A stretch of 64,000 bases of DNA from Spirochaetia bacterium (GTDB lineage: Bacteria > Spirochaetota > Spirochaetia > DSM-16054 > Sediminispirochaetaceae): the NCBI GenBank assembly GCA_034520965.1, contig JAXHMY010000001.1:128001-192000 (forward strand), given 5' to 3'. Positions 30,975 to 41,081 of the stretch are shown here, in pieces. Made by a program: the position numbers and the translations under genes. Position 1 is the stretch's first letter. Each line of letters starts with the position of its first letter. A model generated the notes under the pieces. It was given only the letters and a program-made list of their open reading frames with translations, was not told the DNA's origin and searched no databases.

Positions 30975-33047
30975 ATGCTGGTTAAAGAACTCATAAACCC
31001 CGCCTCAATTGCGATTGTCGGCGGGTCGAACAATACCCACAAACCGGGTGGCAAGGTTATCGAAAACCTCCTATCGGGAAATTTCGAAGGGCCGATTTAT
31101 CCGGTAAACCCAAAGGAAGCAGAAATCCAGGGGCTGAAGGCCTACAGCAGCAGCGCCGATCTACCGAATGTCGATTTGGCGATTCTGGCAATTCCCTCCT
31201 CACTCTGTACTGCAACGGTGAAAACTCTTACTGAGCAGAAGGGAACCAAGGCTTTTATCATTCTATCGGCCGGTTTTAGCGAAGAGAGTGAGGACGGGGC
31301 TAAGATAGAGCGCGAAGTAGTTGATATTATCAAAGCCCACGACGGCAGCCTGATAGGCCCCAACTGCATTGGGGTGCTTACCCCTTCCTACAACGGTGTT
31401 TTTACCACTCCCATTCCGAAACTCGACCCCCGGGGCTGCGATTTTATCTCCGGTTCGGGAGCCACCGCCGTCTTCATTATGGAGGCGGGCATGCCGAAGG
31501 GGCTTACCTTTTCTCAGGTATTCTCGGTTGGAAACAGTGCGCAAATCGGTGTAGAGGAGGTGCTGGAGTACCTTGATGAAACCTATGACCCCGAACACAG
31601 TTCAAAGGTAAAACTGCTGTACATCGAGAGCATCAACAAACCCCAGAAGCTGCTGAAACACGCCAAGTCACTTATCCGCAAGGGCTGCCGCATTGCAGCT
31701 GTAAAGGCCGGCTCATCTTCCGCCGGCAGCCGGGCGGCCAGCTCTCACACCGGCGCCCTGGCAAGTTCGGACGGCGCCGTGGATGCTCTGTTCCGAAAAG
31801 CCGGCATCGTACGCTGCTATGGACGAGAGGAGTTGACCACAGTGGCCTCTGTATTTATGCATCCCCCCCTCCCGGGCCGGCGAATCGCCGTCATAACCCA
31901 CGCCGGCGGGCCGGCGGTAATGCTCACCGACGCCCTCTCCAACGGCGGGCTGGAAGTTCCGCCGATTGAAGGGCCTGCGGCGGAAGAGCTCAAGGAGCTT
32001 TTGTTTCCCGGCAGCTCAACCGCCAATCCCATCGACTTTCTAGCAACCGGTACCGCCGAGCAGTTGGGACAGATTATCGACTACTGCGATACCCGCTTCC
32101 ACACAATCGATGCGATGGTAGTAATTTTCGGCAGTCCCGGCTTGTTTGAGGTATACGACGTGTACCAGGTACTGCACGAGAAAATGCGCAGCTGCAAAAA
32201 GCCGATCTACCCGGTACTGCCCTCTATTATCAATGTAAAGAACGAGATCGCAGACTTTCTCTCAAAGGGTAATATCAACTTTCCCGATGAAGTTGAGTTT
32301 GGCCGGGCCTTAAGCCGGGTATATGCTACTCCCCCAGTCAGCCGGGCCGATCCGGAACCCCCGGAGATCGACCGCCAAGCTATCCGCGAAGTTATCGCCG
32401 TGGCCGACAGCGGGTATCTACCCCCTGAGGCGGTTCAGCAGCTTTTGGATGCGGCGGGTATTCCCCGAGCCGGCGAGCAGGTTGCCGGTACCGCTGACGA
32501 GGCCGCTGAGGCGGCGGCCACTCTGGGCTACCCGGTGGTGATGAAAGTGGTCGGTCCGGTCCACAAGTCGGATGTGGGTGGTGTGGTAGTCAATGTAAAG
32601 ACGGAAGAGAAGGTCCGCAGCGAGTTCAACCGCCTCATGCAGATTAAAGAAACTACGGGCGTTCTCCTGCAGCCGATGCTCAGCGGTCTGGAGCTGTTCG
32701 CCGGAGTGACCTTGGAACCGGTGTTTGGGCACATGGTATTGTGCGGTTTGGGGGGCATTTTTGTAGAAGTATTAAAGGATGTACAGAGCGGTCTTACCCC
32801 GCTTGGACAGGATGAAGCCCTTGCAATGATTCGAACCCTGAAGGGCTATAAAATGATAGAGGGAACCCGTGGACAAAACGGGACAGATGAATATTTGTTC
32901 GCCGACATCCTCATCAGGCTGGGAGCTCTGGTCGAAACCGCCCCGGAAATTGCGGAACTTGACCTTAACCCCCTCCTCGGCAGCCCCAATTATGTATGCG
33001 CGGTGGATGCCCGCATAAGAGTAGACAAGGAGAGTTATCATGGCTAA
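30975..33047 (+). CDS. NDP-forming acyl-CoA synthetase (fused alpha-beta)
   Basis: SIAIVGGS, GPNCIG, AASSHTGAL, ATP-grasp HKSDVGGV, ELDLNP, VDAR. Confidence 0.9.
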   Translation: MLVKELINPASIAIVGGSNNTHKPGGKVIENLLSGNFEGPIYPVNPKEAEIQGLKAYSSSADLPNVDLAILAIPSSLCTATVKTLTEQKGTKAFIILSAGFSEESEDGAKIEREVVDIIKAHDGSLIGPNCIGVLTPSYNGVFTTPIPKLDPRGCDFISGSGATAVFIMEAGMPKGLTFSQVFSVGNSAQIGVEEVLEYLDETYDPEHSSKVKLLYIESINKPQKLLKHAKSLIRKGCRIAAVKAGSSSAGSRAASSHTGALASSDGAVDALFRKAGIVRCYGREELTTVASVFMHPPLPGRRIAVITHAGGPAVMLTDALSNGGLEVPPIEGPAAEELKELLFPGSSTANPIDFLATGTAEQLGQIIDYCDTRFHTIDAMVVIFGSPGLFEVYDVYQVLHEKMRSCKKPIYPVLPSIINVKNEIADFLSKGNINFPDEVEFGRALSRVYATPPVSRADPEPPEIDRQAIREVIAVADSGYLPPEAVQQLLDAAGIPRAGEQVAGTADEAAEAAATLGYPVVMKVVGPVHKSDVGGVVVNVKTEEKVRSEFNRLMQIKETTGVLLQPMLSGLELFAGVTLEPVFGHMVLCGLGGIFVEVLKDVQSGLTPLGQDEALAMIRTLKGYKMIEGTRGQNGTDEYLFADILIRLGALVETAPEIAELDLNPLLGSPNYVCAVDARIRVDKESYHG

Positions 33048-34374
33048 AAGAGAAAATACTCCTATCGATGCGCAGGTGGTTTCAAAAAAGATTCAGAATA
33101 GCGGTATTCAGGATATGGCTACCGCCGGAATTCGTGAGCTGGTAAAACTGGTGTATCAAATTGAAGACGAAACCGGGGACAAGTTTATTCGAATGGAAAT
33201 GGGAGTCCCCGGTCTGCCGGCTCCGGAGGTGGGCATCCAAGCCCAGATAGAGGCTTTGAAGCAGGGAGTCGCCTCTAAATACTCGATGATAGACGGGCTG
33301 CCGGCACTAAAAGAGGAGGCATCGCGGTTCGGAAAACTCTTTCTGAATATCGACATTAGTCCCGAATCGTGTCTGCCGACGGTAGGTTCGATGCAGGGCG
33401 GCTTCGCCACCTTCCTTGTGGCAAACCGGAATAATCACAACCGCAAGGGCACCCTGTTTATTGATCCGGGCTTCCCGGTACAGAAACAGCAGTGTCACGT
33501 TCTTGGCCATGAGTACGAGAGCTTCGATGTGTATAACTACCGCGGTCCGAAACTGCGGGAGAAACTGGAGTCTTACCTGCAGTCCGGACAAATCTCATCT
33601 ATTATGTATTCCAATCCCAACAATCCCACCTGGATCTGTTTCACCGAGCAGGAGCTGCAGATTATCGGAGAGCTGTCACAGAAATACGATGTGACCGTAA
33701 TCGAAGACCTGGCCTATTTTGCAATGGACTTTCGCCACGACTACTCACAGCCGGGACAGCCACCCTACCAGCCGACAGTAGCCCATTACACCGACAACTA
33801 TGTACTGTTGCTGTCAACCTCAAAGGCCTTCAGCTACGCCGGAGAGCGGCTCGGGCTGATTTTGGTCTCGGATGCACTCTTCAATCGTCGCTATCCCGAC
33901 CTCACACGCTACTATCCCACCGATAAGTTCGGTCATTCACTGATCTACGGAGCCTTATATACCCTGACGGCCGGCACCAGCCACTCGGCTCAGTACGGAG
34001 TAACTGCGATGCTGAAGGCGGTCAACGACGGCGAGTACAACTTTGTAGAAAATGTAAAGGAGTACGGTACCCGGGCGCGGGTTATGAAAAAGCACATGGT
34101 GGAACAGGGCTTCAAAATTGTCTATGACCACGATGAGGACCAACCCCTGGCGGACGGTTTTTACTTCACCTTCTCATATCCCGGTTTCTCCGGCGGAGAG
34201 CTGGTGGAAGAGCTGCTGTACTACGGTATCAGTGCCATTAGTCTGCAGATTACCGGCAGCGACCACAGTGAAGGCTTGCGGGCTTGTGTATCACAGTTCA
34301 GCCTTGACCAGGAGGCGGACTTAGCCCACCGGCTACAACGGTTTCATGCCGACCATCCGGCGGACAAGACCTAG
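33040..34374 (+). CDS. PLP-dependent aminotransferase class I/II
   Basis: SNPNNPT, IEDLAY, STSKAFSYAGERLG. Confidence 0.9.
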   Translation: MAKRENTPIDAQVVSKKIQNSGIQDMATAGIRELVKLVYQIEDETGDKFIRMEMGVPGLPAPEVGIQAQIEALKQGVASKYSMIDGLPALKEEASRFGKLFLNIDISPESCLPTVGSMQGGFATFLVANRNNHNRKGTLFIDPGFPVQKQQCHVLGHEYESFDVYNYRGPKLREKLESYLQSGQISSIMYSNPNNPTWICFTEQELQIIGELSQKYDVTVIEDLAYFAMDFRHDYSQPGQPPYQPTVAHYTDNYVLLLSTSKAFSYAGERLGLILVSDALFNRRYPDLTRYYPTDKFGHSLIYGALYTLTAGTSHSAQYGVTAMLKAVNDGEYNFVENVKEYGTRARVMKKHMVEQGFKIVYDHDEDQPLADGFYFTFSYPGFSGGELVEELLYYGISAISLQITGSDHSEGLRACVSQFSLDQEADLAHRLQRFHADHPADKT

Positions 34375-34390
34375 CCTGGCATAGCCTAGC

Positions 34391-35077
34391 CTAAAGTTCT
34401 AACGCACGCCTTTGGCTTGCAAAAATCTCCGCAATTCCTGCATCCGCCGCATCCAGGAGTTCATTCAAGCGTCTGCGGCCAAAGGTGGCCTTCTCGGCGG
34501 TTCCCTGTACTTCAACCAATTCCTCTCCCAATTTCACGACATTCATGTCAACCTCAGCTTGGGAATCGTGGGCATAATCAAGATCACAGACCACCTGCCC
34601 GTTGACCACTCCTACGCTCACTGCGGCCAGCTGTCCCTGCAGGTAGTTCTCCGGACCGGCCACCTCCTGCTGTTCGGCTAACACCCTCAGGGCATCGTAT
34701 AAAGCGACCCAGCCGCCGGATATTGCAGCAGTTCTCGTCCCGCCGTCAGCCTGGATTACATCGCAGTCTATTAAAATGGAGACGGGGCCCAGCTTTTCCA
34801 GGTTCACCGCCGCCCTCAAACTCCTCCCGATGAGGCGCTGTATTTCCGTACTCCGGCCATCGCGCTTTAACAACTCCCGTCGTTTACGGCCTCCGCCGGT
34901 ACTCCCCGGCAGCATAGCGTATTCGGCCGTAAGCCACCCGGAACCACTCTCCTCTAAGAATTTAGGCACCCCGGCTTCAATAGTTGCAGTGCAAATAACT
35001 TTGGTGTCACCAAAAGAAACCAGACAGGACCCGGCCGGATGCATAAGATAATTACGAATAAATTCAACTGAACGCAT
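34391..35077 (-). CDS. rph: Ribonuclease PH
   Basis: GWLTAEYAMLP, EIQRLIGRSLRA, CDVIQADGGTRTA, EVQGTAE. Confidence 0.95.
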   Translation of the reverse strand: MRSVEFIRNYLMHPAGSCLVSFGDTKVICTATIEAGVPKFLEESGSGWLTAEYAMLPGSTGGGRKRRELLKRDGRSTEIQRLIGRSLRAAVNLEKLGPVSILIDCDVIQADGGTRTAAISGGWVALYDALRVLAEQQEVAGPENYLQGQLAAVSVGVVNGQVVCDLDYAHDSQAEVDMNVVKLGEELVEVQGTAEKATFGRRRLNELLDAADAGIAEIFASQRRALEL

Positions 35078-35283
35078 GAAATCTCCTTACTGATAAAATA
35101 TCTAAACACAAATATATAGTGCGATTGGACAGAGCTCAATCAATCTTCTTCGCTCCCTTGGCCACTCTATCATCAGAATAGATTTAGAAGAAGGGGGAAA
35201 AGATTTGACAAGTTGATGTCTCTCCCATATATTATATTAATACTTAGTAATACTGTAATAATTATATGAAGTTTAGAGGTGAC

Positions 35284-35561
35284 ATGAAAAAACACGAGAT
35301 TATTTCGTTTAAGGCTGATCAACAGCTGGTAGAAGCACTCAAGGTATTTCCAACCGGTCTGAGTTTATCCGGCATGCAGTTTTACGGGCAATGGAGAACA
35401 TTTGTCCGCTCTGTCAGGGTACAGGCATTCTCACACCGAGCCAACAAGAGCATTGGAACGAGTTCACCGCTCACCATAGAGTTGTGAAGTGTAAGCCCAT
35501 GAAGCTAACCTACCTTGCCTGTGACCGAGACAACGTGGAACAGCATAGAAAGAGGGAATAA
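35284..35561 (+). CDS. Ribbon-helix-helix (CopG-like) regulator with Cys/His-rich tail (frameshift near 35343)
   Basis: MKKHEIISFKADQQLVEALK then, in a shifted frame, ISNRSEFIRHAVLRAMENICPLCQGTG...HWNEFTAHHRVVKC...LAC. Confidence 0.7.
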
Positions 35562-35563
35562 GA

Positions 35564-36300
35564 ATGGAGCATGGAACAGCCACAAATGTAATAGAAGTAG
35601 AGCATGCGGTATTTCGATATTCAAATTACACCGTACTGGATGATGTGTCCTTAAGCATACAAGCCGGGGATATGGTCAGTATAATCGGCCCGAATGGAGG
35701 AGGTAAGACAACACTTCTCAAGCTGATTCTTGGCCTGCTGGAGCCTGTTTCCGGAAAGGTGAAGGTGTACGGAGGCTCTCCTCGCAAGAATATGGGCTAT
35801 CTTGGTTACGTGCCGCAGTATTCACGCTTTGACGAACAATTTCCAATTACGGTATACGAGGTAGTCCTGACCGGCAGGTTGGAGAAGCGCGCCGGGTTTT
35901 ATTCAAAAGAGGATCGTCAAGCAGCGGCTGAAGCCTTAGAAACAGCCGGTCTTTCTGAGGTATCCGACCGGTCGTTTCAGGCACTGTCCGGCGGCCAGCG
36001 TCAAAGGATTCTTATTGCCCGTGCACTGGCGGGGCGGCCGTCTATTCTGCTTTTAGACGAGCCTACTTCGAATGTAGATGCAGCGGTTGGATCCATGCTC
36101 CATGAACTGCTTGAAAAACTGAACTAAACCGTACACCATTCTGACCGGTAACCCACGATGTAGGTTTTGTCGACGACATTACCAATCGGGTCTTCTGCGT
36201 GAATAACCATGTTCATGAACATCCGGCGGATAAACTGGATGCCTCGCTGATCAGTGCCGCTTACGGAAACCAGATGCGTGGTATGGTTCCATTGACGTAA
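35564..36300 (+). CDS. znuC: Zn/Mn ABC transporter ATP-binding protein (indels at 36125-36150)
   Basis: GPNGGGKT, GYVPQ, LSGGQRQR, LLDEPT; VTHDVG...CVN continues in a shifted frame. Confidence 0.85.
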
Positions 36301-36335
36301 CAGGATTCAGAAAAGTCACAACAGTAGGAGTTATT

Positions 36336-37178
36336 ATGCTGCAGGAGTTTTTTGCCGCCCTGGCCGATCCAAATGTTCCTTTCATACGCTACGCTTTGAT
36401 TGCAGGACTGCTCTCAAGTGTTTCCTTCGGAATTATAGGTTCTTTCGTTGTAGTAAAGCGGATCTCGTATATTGCCGGGGCCATCAGCCACGCCGCCTTG
36501 GCAGGTATAGGAGCAGCACTCTATTTCAAGCACGTGTATGGAATGGACTTCCTCTCGCCCCTGCATGGAGCGGTGGTCGCCGCTCTTTTAGCCGCGCTGA
36601 TCATCGGACTCGTAAGCACTTACTACAATGAGCGTGAGGATACCATTATCGGCAGTATCTGGGCTATTGGGATGGCTATCGGTCTGCTGTTTATCGCCAA
36701 AACTCCCGGCTACGTAGACCCCATGAGTTATCTCTTCGGCAATATCCTCTTGGTCGGAAGGCAGGAGCTCGTACTGATTCTATTTCTGGACATGGTGGTA
36801 ATTGTCCTAGGCATCCTTTTTTATCACCAGTTTCTGGCACTCTCCTTTGATGAAGAGTTTACCCGTCTACGGGGCATTCCCACACGGCTCTACTACATCC
36901 TGCTCATTTTTCTAGTGGCCCTGACGGTGGTGCTGATGGTGACGGTAGTTGGAATTGTAATGGTCATTGCCCTTTTGACCATACCGGCGGCCACCGCCGG
37001 ACTTTTTTCCAGAAAGCTATGGCAGATGATGGTGCTGGCCGCCCTCTTTTGTGCTCTGTTTACCAGCTTCGGACTTGGGACCAGTTATGTACTCGATTTC
37101 CCCTCCGGATCGACCACCATTGTGTTTGCCGGTGCAGTATATATTATAAGCCTCATAGTTCGACGAAGACGGAACTGA
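36336..37178 (+). CDS. znuB: Zn/Mn ABC transporter permease
   Basis: AISHAALAG, YLFGNIL, SFDEEF, VGIVMVIALLTIPA, PSGSTT. Confidence 0.9.
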   Translation: MLQEFFAALADPNVPFIRYALIAGLLSSVSFGIIGSFVVVKRISYIAGAISHAALAGIGAALYFKHVYGMDFLSPLHGAVVAALLAALIIGLVSTYYNEREDTIIGSIWAIGMAIGLLFIAKTPGYVDPMSYLFGNILLVGRQELVLILFLDMVVIVLGILFYHQFLALSFDEEFTRLRGIPTRLYYILLIFLVALTVVLMVTVVGIVMVIALLTIPAATAGLFSRKLWQMMVLAALFCALFTSFGLGTSYVLDFPSGSTTIVFAGAVYIISLIVRRRRN

Positions 37179-37253
37179 GAAGCCCATATGGCAGCATACG
37201 GCCTGTCGATAAAAAAATATTCAAATAAACCCCTTCACATACGTTGCATTTTG

Positions 37254-37308
37254 TTGCGCAAGGTGATTGACCATGTTACAATTACGCCGCGTGTACAACA
37301 CTGTACAC
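37254..37308 (+). promoter_or_regulatory. Sigma70 promoter with palindromic operator upstream of the xdh-like operon
   Basis: TTGCGC-N17-TACAAT; GTGTACA-acac-TGTACAC at 37291-37308. Confidence 0.6.
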
Positions 37309-37407
37309 CATAACAACTAATATGAAAGTAGCCGTATTCGGCTATTTTTCATTGTTTCGGCTGCCGTGCAGCGGCAGGCGAAACTAATACTATTTGGAGG
37401 AATGGTC

Positions 37408-38196
37408 ATGGAGATATCCACATATGTGCGTCCGCACTCTTTAGACGAAGCGTACTCACTTCTTGCCGATAAAAAGGCCTTTCTTATCGGAGGGGGCGCA
37501 TGGTCCCGAATGAATTCCCGAAAAGTTGACCTCGCAGTCGACCTCTCCTCTCTCGATCTCCGTTTCATTAAAAGAAACAACACTAAAATCGAGATTGGAG
37601 CTATGACTACTGCACGAGATCTTGAGACATCAACAGAGCTGAAGGAGGCCTTCGCTGGTCTTTTTCAAAAAACGGTTGCCCACATTGTGGGTGTACAAAT
37701 GAGAAATCTAATTACTGTTGGGGGTACTGTTGGGGGGAAATTCGGATTTTCCGACCTCAACACAGTTTTTCTGGCCCTTGGTGCAAAGGTGGTTCTCTAT
37801 AAGCAGGGGGAGGTCGACTTTGAAACTTACCTCACCCAGCGGTCGGAAGGACCGGCATTGATTGAAAAAATTGTACTCGACACCCAGAATGTGTCCGGTG
37901 CCTATGAAGCCGTGCGAATCAGCCGTACAGATTTTTCAATTCTAAATGTATGTGCACTTCGGACAAAGGACACATGGAGAGTGGCAGTAGGGGCTCGGCC
38001 CGGAGCTGCTCGTCTATCGGTCAAAGCGGCCGAAGTTCTCGGCAGTGAAAAGTCTCCGGATGCTGATGCAGCTAAAAAAGCCGGTGAAGCTGCCGCTGAA
38101 GAGCTTGATTTTGGTAATGACCTGCGAGGCAGCAAAGAATATCGAACAACCGTATGTCGCAGCCTGGTAAAACGGGCGATTCAGGAGGTGGTATAA
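37408..38196 (+). CDS. Xanthine-dehydrogenase-family FAD-binding subunit
   Basis: YVRPHSLDEA, IGGGAW, IGAMTT, RNLITVGG, DLRGSKEYR. Confidence 0.88.
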   Translation: MEISTYVRPHSLDEAYSLLADKKAFLIGGGAWSRMNSRKVDLAVDLSSLDLRFIKRNNTKIEIGAMTTARDLETSTELKEAFAGLFQKTVAHIVGVQMRNLITVGGTVGGKFGFSDLNTVFLALGAKVVLYKQGEVDFETYLTQRSEGPALIEKIVLDTQNVSGAYEAVRISRTDFSILNVCALRTKDTWRVAVGARPGAARLSVKAAEVLGSEKSPDADAAKKAGEAAAEELDFGNDLRGSKEYRTTVCRSLVKRAIQEVV

Positions 38197-38651
38197 TGAC
38201 AATTGAACTAAAAATAAATGGACGACCGCGCCGGCTTGAAATTGAACCCGGCGACATGTTGGTTGATGTACTGCGAGAAGCCGGCTATGTAGAAGTAAAA
38301 AAGGGCTGTGATACCGGCAGCTGCGGGGTGTGCACCGTACTAATGAACGATACTCCGATTCCCTCCTGCTCCACCCTGGCAGCAAAAGCTGATGGTCAAG
38401 AGATTATAACTGTAAAGGGCATCGAGAAAGAAGCAGCTGAGTTTGCCGATTTTTTAACAGCCGAAGGTGCTGACCAATGCGGGTTCTGTGCACCCGGGTT
38501 CGCACTGAGCGTACATTCCCTGGTAAAAGAAAATCCTTCTCCCAATGAAGAGGAGATCCGCCACTATTTAGCCGGTAATTTGTGCCGCTGCAGTGGATAT
38601 GAGGGTCAGCTGCGGGCAATCACCAAGTTCGTGGAGGCTAATAATGAATAA
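38196..38651 (+). CDS. Xanthine-dehydrogenase-family 2x[2Fe-2S] subunit
   Basis: GCDTGSCGVC, QCGFCAPG, GNLCRCSGY. Confidence 0.92.
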   Translation: MTIELKINGRPRRLEIEPGDMLVDVLREAGYVEVKKGCDTGSCGVCTVLMNDTPIPSCSTLAAKADGQEIITVKGIEKEAAEFADFLTAEGADQCGFCAPGFALSVHSLVKENPSPNEEEIRHYLAGNLCRCSGYEGQLRAITKFVEANNE

Positions 38652-41001
38652 ACAGTTTACCCAGGTAAAACATGAACGCGCTAAAATAGATGGAAAGGGG
38701 CTGGTTCTCGGACGTCCCGCCTATACCGACGATCTTGCACCGAAGGACGCACTGGTTGTAAAACTCGTCCGAAGCAGCCATGCCTTTGCAAAGATAAAAA
38801 AAATAGATGCATCGAAAGCACTGGAACTGCCGGGAGTAGAGTGTGTGCTTACTCACCATGATGTACCTAGAGTACCGATAACCCGAGCAGGTCAAGGCCA
38901 CCCGGAACCCAGCCCTAAGGACAAATTCCTGTTGGACGAATATGTCCGCTATCCCGGGGATGAAGTAGCCGTGGTGGCGGCAGTTGATGAGGCCACCGCC
39001 CGCCGAGCCGTAGAACTGATAAAAGTTGAATACGAAGTCTTGACCCCTCTGATCGACATGGAAGAGGCCGAAACCAGTGATATCGTGGTCCACCCGGAGC
39101 CGGAAGCCTATACCATGTTTCCGATGGGATTTGAGCCCAAGAAAAATATTGCCGCCACCTACGATATGAACATTGGCGATGTGGATAAAGTGCTGTCGGA
39201 GTGTGACTACACGGTCGAACGGCGCTACAATACCCAGGCACAAGCCCATGCAGCCCTCGAACCGCATGCAGCATACTGCTATTACGACCTGCACGGCCGG
39301 GTAAACATTGTATCATCAACCCAGAACCCCTTTCACACCCGCCGTATCCTCGGCGAAGTGTTTGAAATGCCCCTGCGCAACATCCGCGTATCAAAGCCGA
39401 GAATCGGCGGAGGCTTCGGCGGAAAACAGCAGATCCATCTGGAACTGTACGCCATGCTGGTGACCACAAAAACCGGCAAATCGTCCAAGGTAGTCATGAG
39501 CCGCAAAGAGGTGTTTGAATCTTCCTTTGCCCGGCATAAAATGCGCTTAGACATACGCCTGGGTTCCGACAAAGAGGGAAATCTAAAGGCCATCGATCTG
39601 CAGGTTCTCTCCGACACCGGTGCATATGGAGAACATGCACTCACGGTATTTACCAACTGCGGCTCAAAATCACTGCCCCTTTACAATAAGGTTGAGGCGG
39701 TTCGTTTTGGCGGAAAAATTGTGTACACAAACCGTACTCCCGCCGGTGCCTACCGTGGTTATGGTGCGATCCAGGGAAACTACGCCCTCGAATCGGCAAT
39801 GAGTGAATTAGCCCACAAACTCGGGATTGACCCGGCGGTTCTGCGCGAGAAAAATATGATCGCCGAAAATCAAACCAGTGATATTTTCAGGATCATGGGA
39901 GAAGGCGGCGAAGGCGTTGAGATGATGATCGAGAGTTGTAAACTCCAGTACTGCCTGGACCGCGGCCGCAAGATGATAGGCTGGGACCCGAAAAACCTGC
40001 GCAGCGAAGTAAAAGACGGGAAAGTTCGTGCCAAGGGAATGGCCCTGGCAATGCAGGGTTCAGGTATCCCCCTCATCGACATGGGCTCAGCCACCCTCGA
40101 ATTACAGGATGACGGCTTTTTTAAGCTGTTGATTGGTGCCACCGACCTGGGAACAGGCAGCGATACGATTCTGGCTCAGATTGCCGCCGAAGAGTTGGGA
40201 GTGCCCTCCGACGATATTGTGGTGTACAGTTCGGATACCGACCGCACTCCTTTCGACGTTGGAGCCTATGCATCGAGTACCACCTATGTAACCGGTAACG
40301 CGATAATTCGAGCAGCTCAAAACATGAAAAAGGTAATCCGTGAGGCGGTCGCTGAAAAATTCGGCGTTGATGCAGAGGACATCGAGTTCAACGGCCGGGA
40401 ACTGCGGGTAAAGGACGGCTCAAAATCTATCGGTAAGATGAAAGACGGTACCCAGTCCATCACCTTAAAAGAATTCAGCTACGACACCCTCTACCACGAA
40501 GGGGCAAATATGAAGACTCTCGCGGCTACCGGTTCATTCAGCGGACATGTATCTCCCCCGCCCTATATGGCAGGCTTCTGCGAAATAGAAGTTGACCTGG
40601 AAACCGGAAAGGTTGAGGTACTGGATTACGTAGCTGTTACCGACTGCGGTACGCCGATAAACCCCAACCTGGCAAGAATACAGGTCGAGGGCGGACTACT
40701 GCAGGGCATTGGTATGACTCTTCATGAAGATGTGGTGCTGAGTTCCACCGGTAAAATGCTTACTAACAATTTTATGCAGTACAAGATTCCTTCCCGGGAA
40801 GATGTGGGAAAACTGCGGGTAGAATTTGCAGAAAGCTACGACCCCACCGGTCCCTTTGGCGCCAAGTCGGTCGGAGAAATCGGAATCGATACTCCCCTGG
40901 CCGCTATTTCAAACGCCATCTACAATGCAACCGGAGTACGGCTTACCTCACTGCCCCTTACACCGGCTAAGGTACTGGCCGCAATAGAATCGCAAAAGTA
41001 G
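38644..41001 (+). CDS. Xanthine-dehydrogenase-family molybdopterin-binding subunit
   Basis: AHAALEPH, IGGGFGGKQ, AYRGYG, DLGTGS, AYASSTT, QVEGG, GAKSVGE. Confidence 0.92.
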   Translation: MNKQFTQVKHERAKIDGKGLVLGRPAYTDDLAPKDALVVKLVRSSHAFAKIKKIDASKALELPGVECVLTHHDVPRVPITRAGQGHPEPSPKDKFLLDEYVRYPGDEVAVVAAVDEATARRAVELIKVEYEVLTPLIDMEEAETSDIVVHPEPEAYTMFPMGFEPKKNIAATYDMNIGDVDKVLSECDYTVERRYNTQAQAHAALEPHAAYCYYDLHGRVNIVSSTQNPFHTRRILGEVFEMPLRNIRVSKPRIGGGFGGKQQIHLELYAMLVTTKTGKSSKVVMSRKEVFESSFARHKMRLDIRLGSDKEGNLKAIDLQVLSDTGAYGEHALTVFTNCGSKSLPLYNKVEAVRFGGKIVYTNRTPAGAYRGYGAIQGNYALESAMSELAHKLGIDPAVLREKNMIAENQTSDIFRIMGEGGEGVEMMIESCKLQYCLDRGRKMIGWDPKNLRSEVKDGKVRAKGMALAMQGSGIPLIDMGSATLELQDDGFFKLLIGATDLGTGSDTILAQIAAEELGVPSDDIVVYSSDTDRTPFDVGAYASSTTYVTGNAIIRAAQNMKKVIREAVAEKFGVDAEDIEFNGRELRVKDGSKSIGKMKDGTQSITLKEFSYDTLYHEGANMKTLAATGSFSGHVSPPPYMAGFCEIEVDLETGKVEVLDYVAVTDCGTPINPNLARIQVEGGLLQGIGMTLHEDVVLSSTGKMLTNNFMQYKIPSREDVGKLRVEFAESYDPTGPFGAKSVGEIGIDTPLAAISNAIYNATGVRLTSLPLTPAKVLAAIESQK

Positions 41002-41023
41002 GTTCTAGCTTGAACATACACAC

Positions 41024-41064
41024 AAAGGGCTTGCAGCACAACGTGGCTGCAAGCCCTTTTCTTT
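41024..41064. terminator. Bidirectional rho-independent terminator
   Basis: AAAGGGCTTGCAGC-N8-GCTGCAAGCCCTTT-TCTTT between convergent operons. Confidence 0.85.
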
Positions 41065-41081
41065 GCCCTCCCGGCTCCCAA

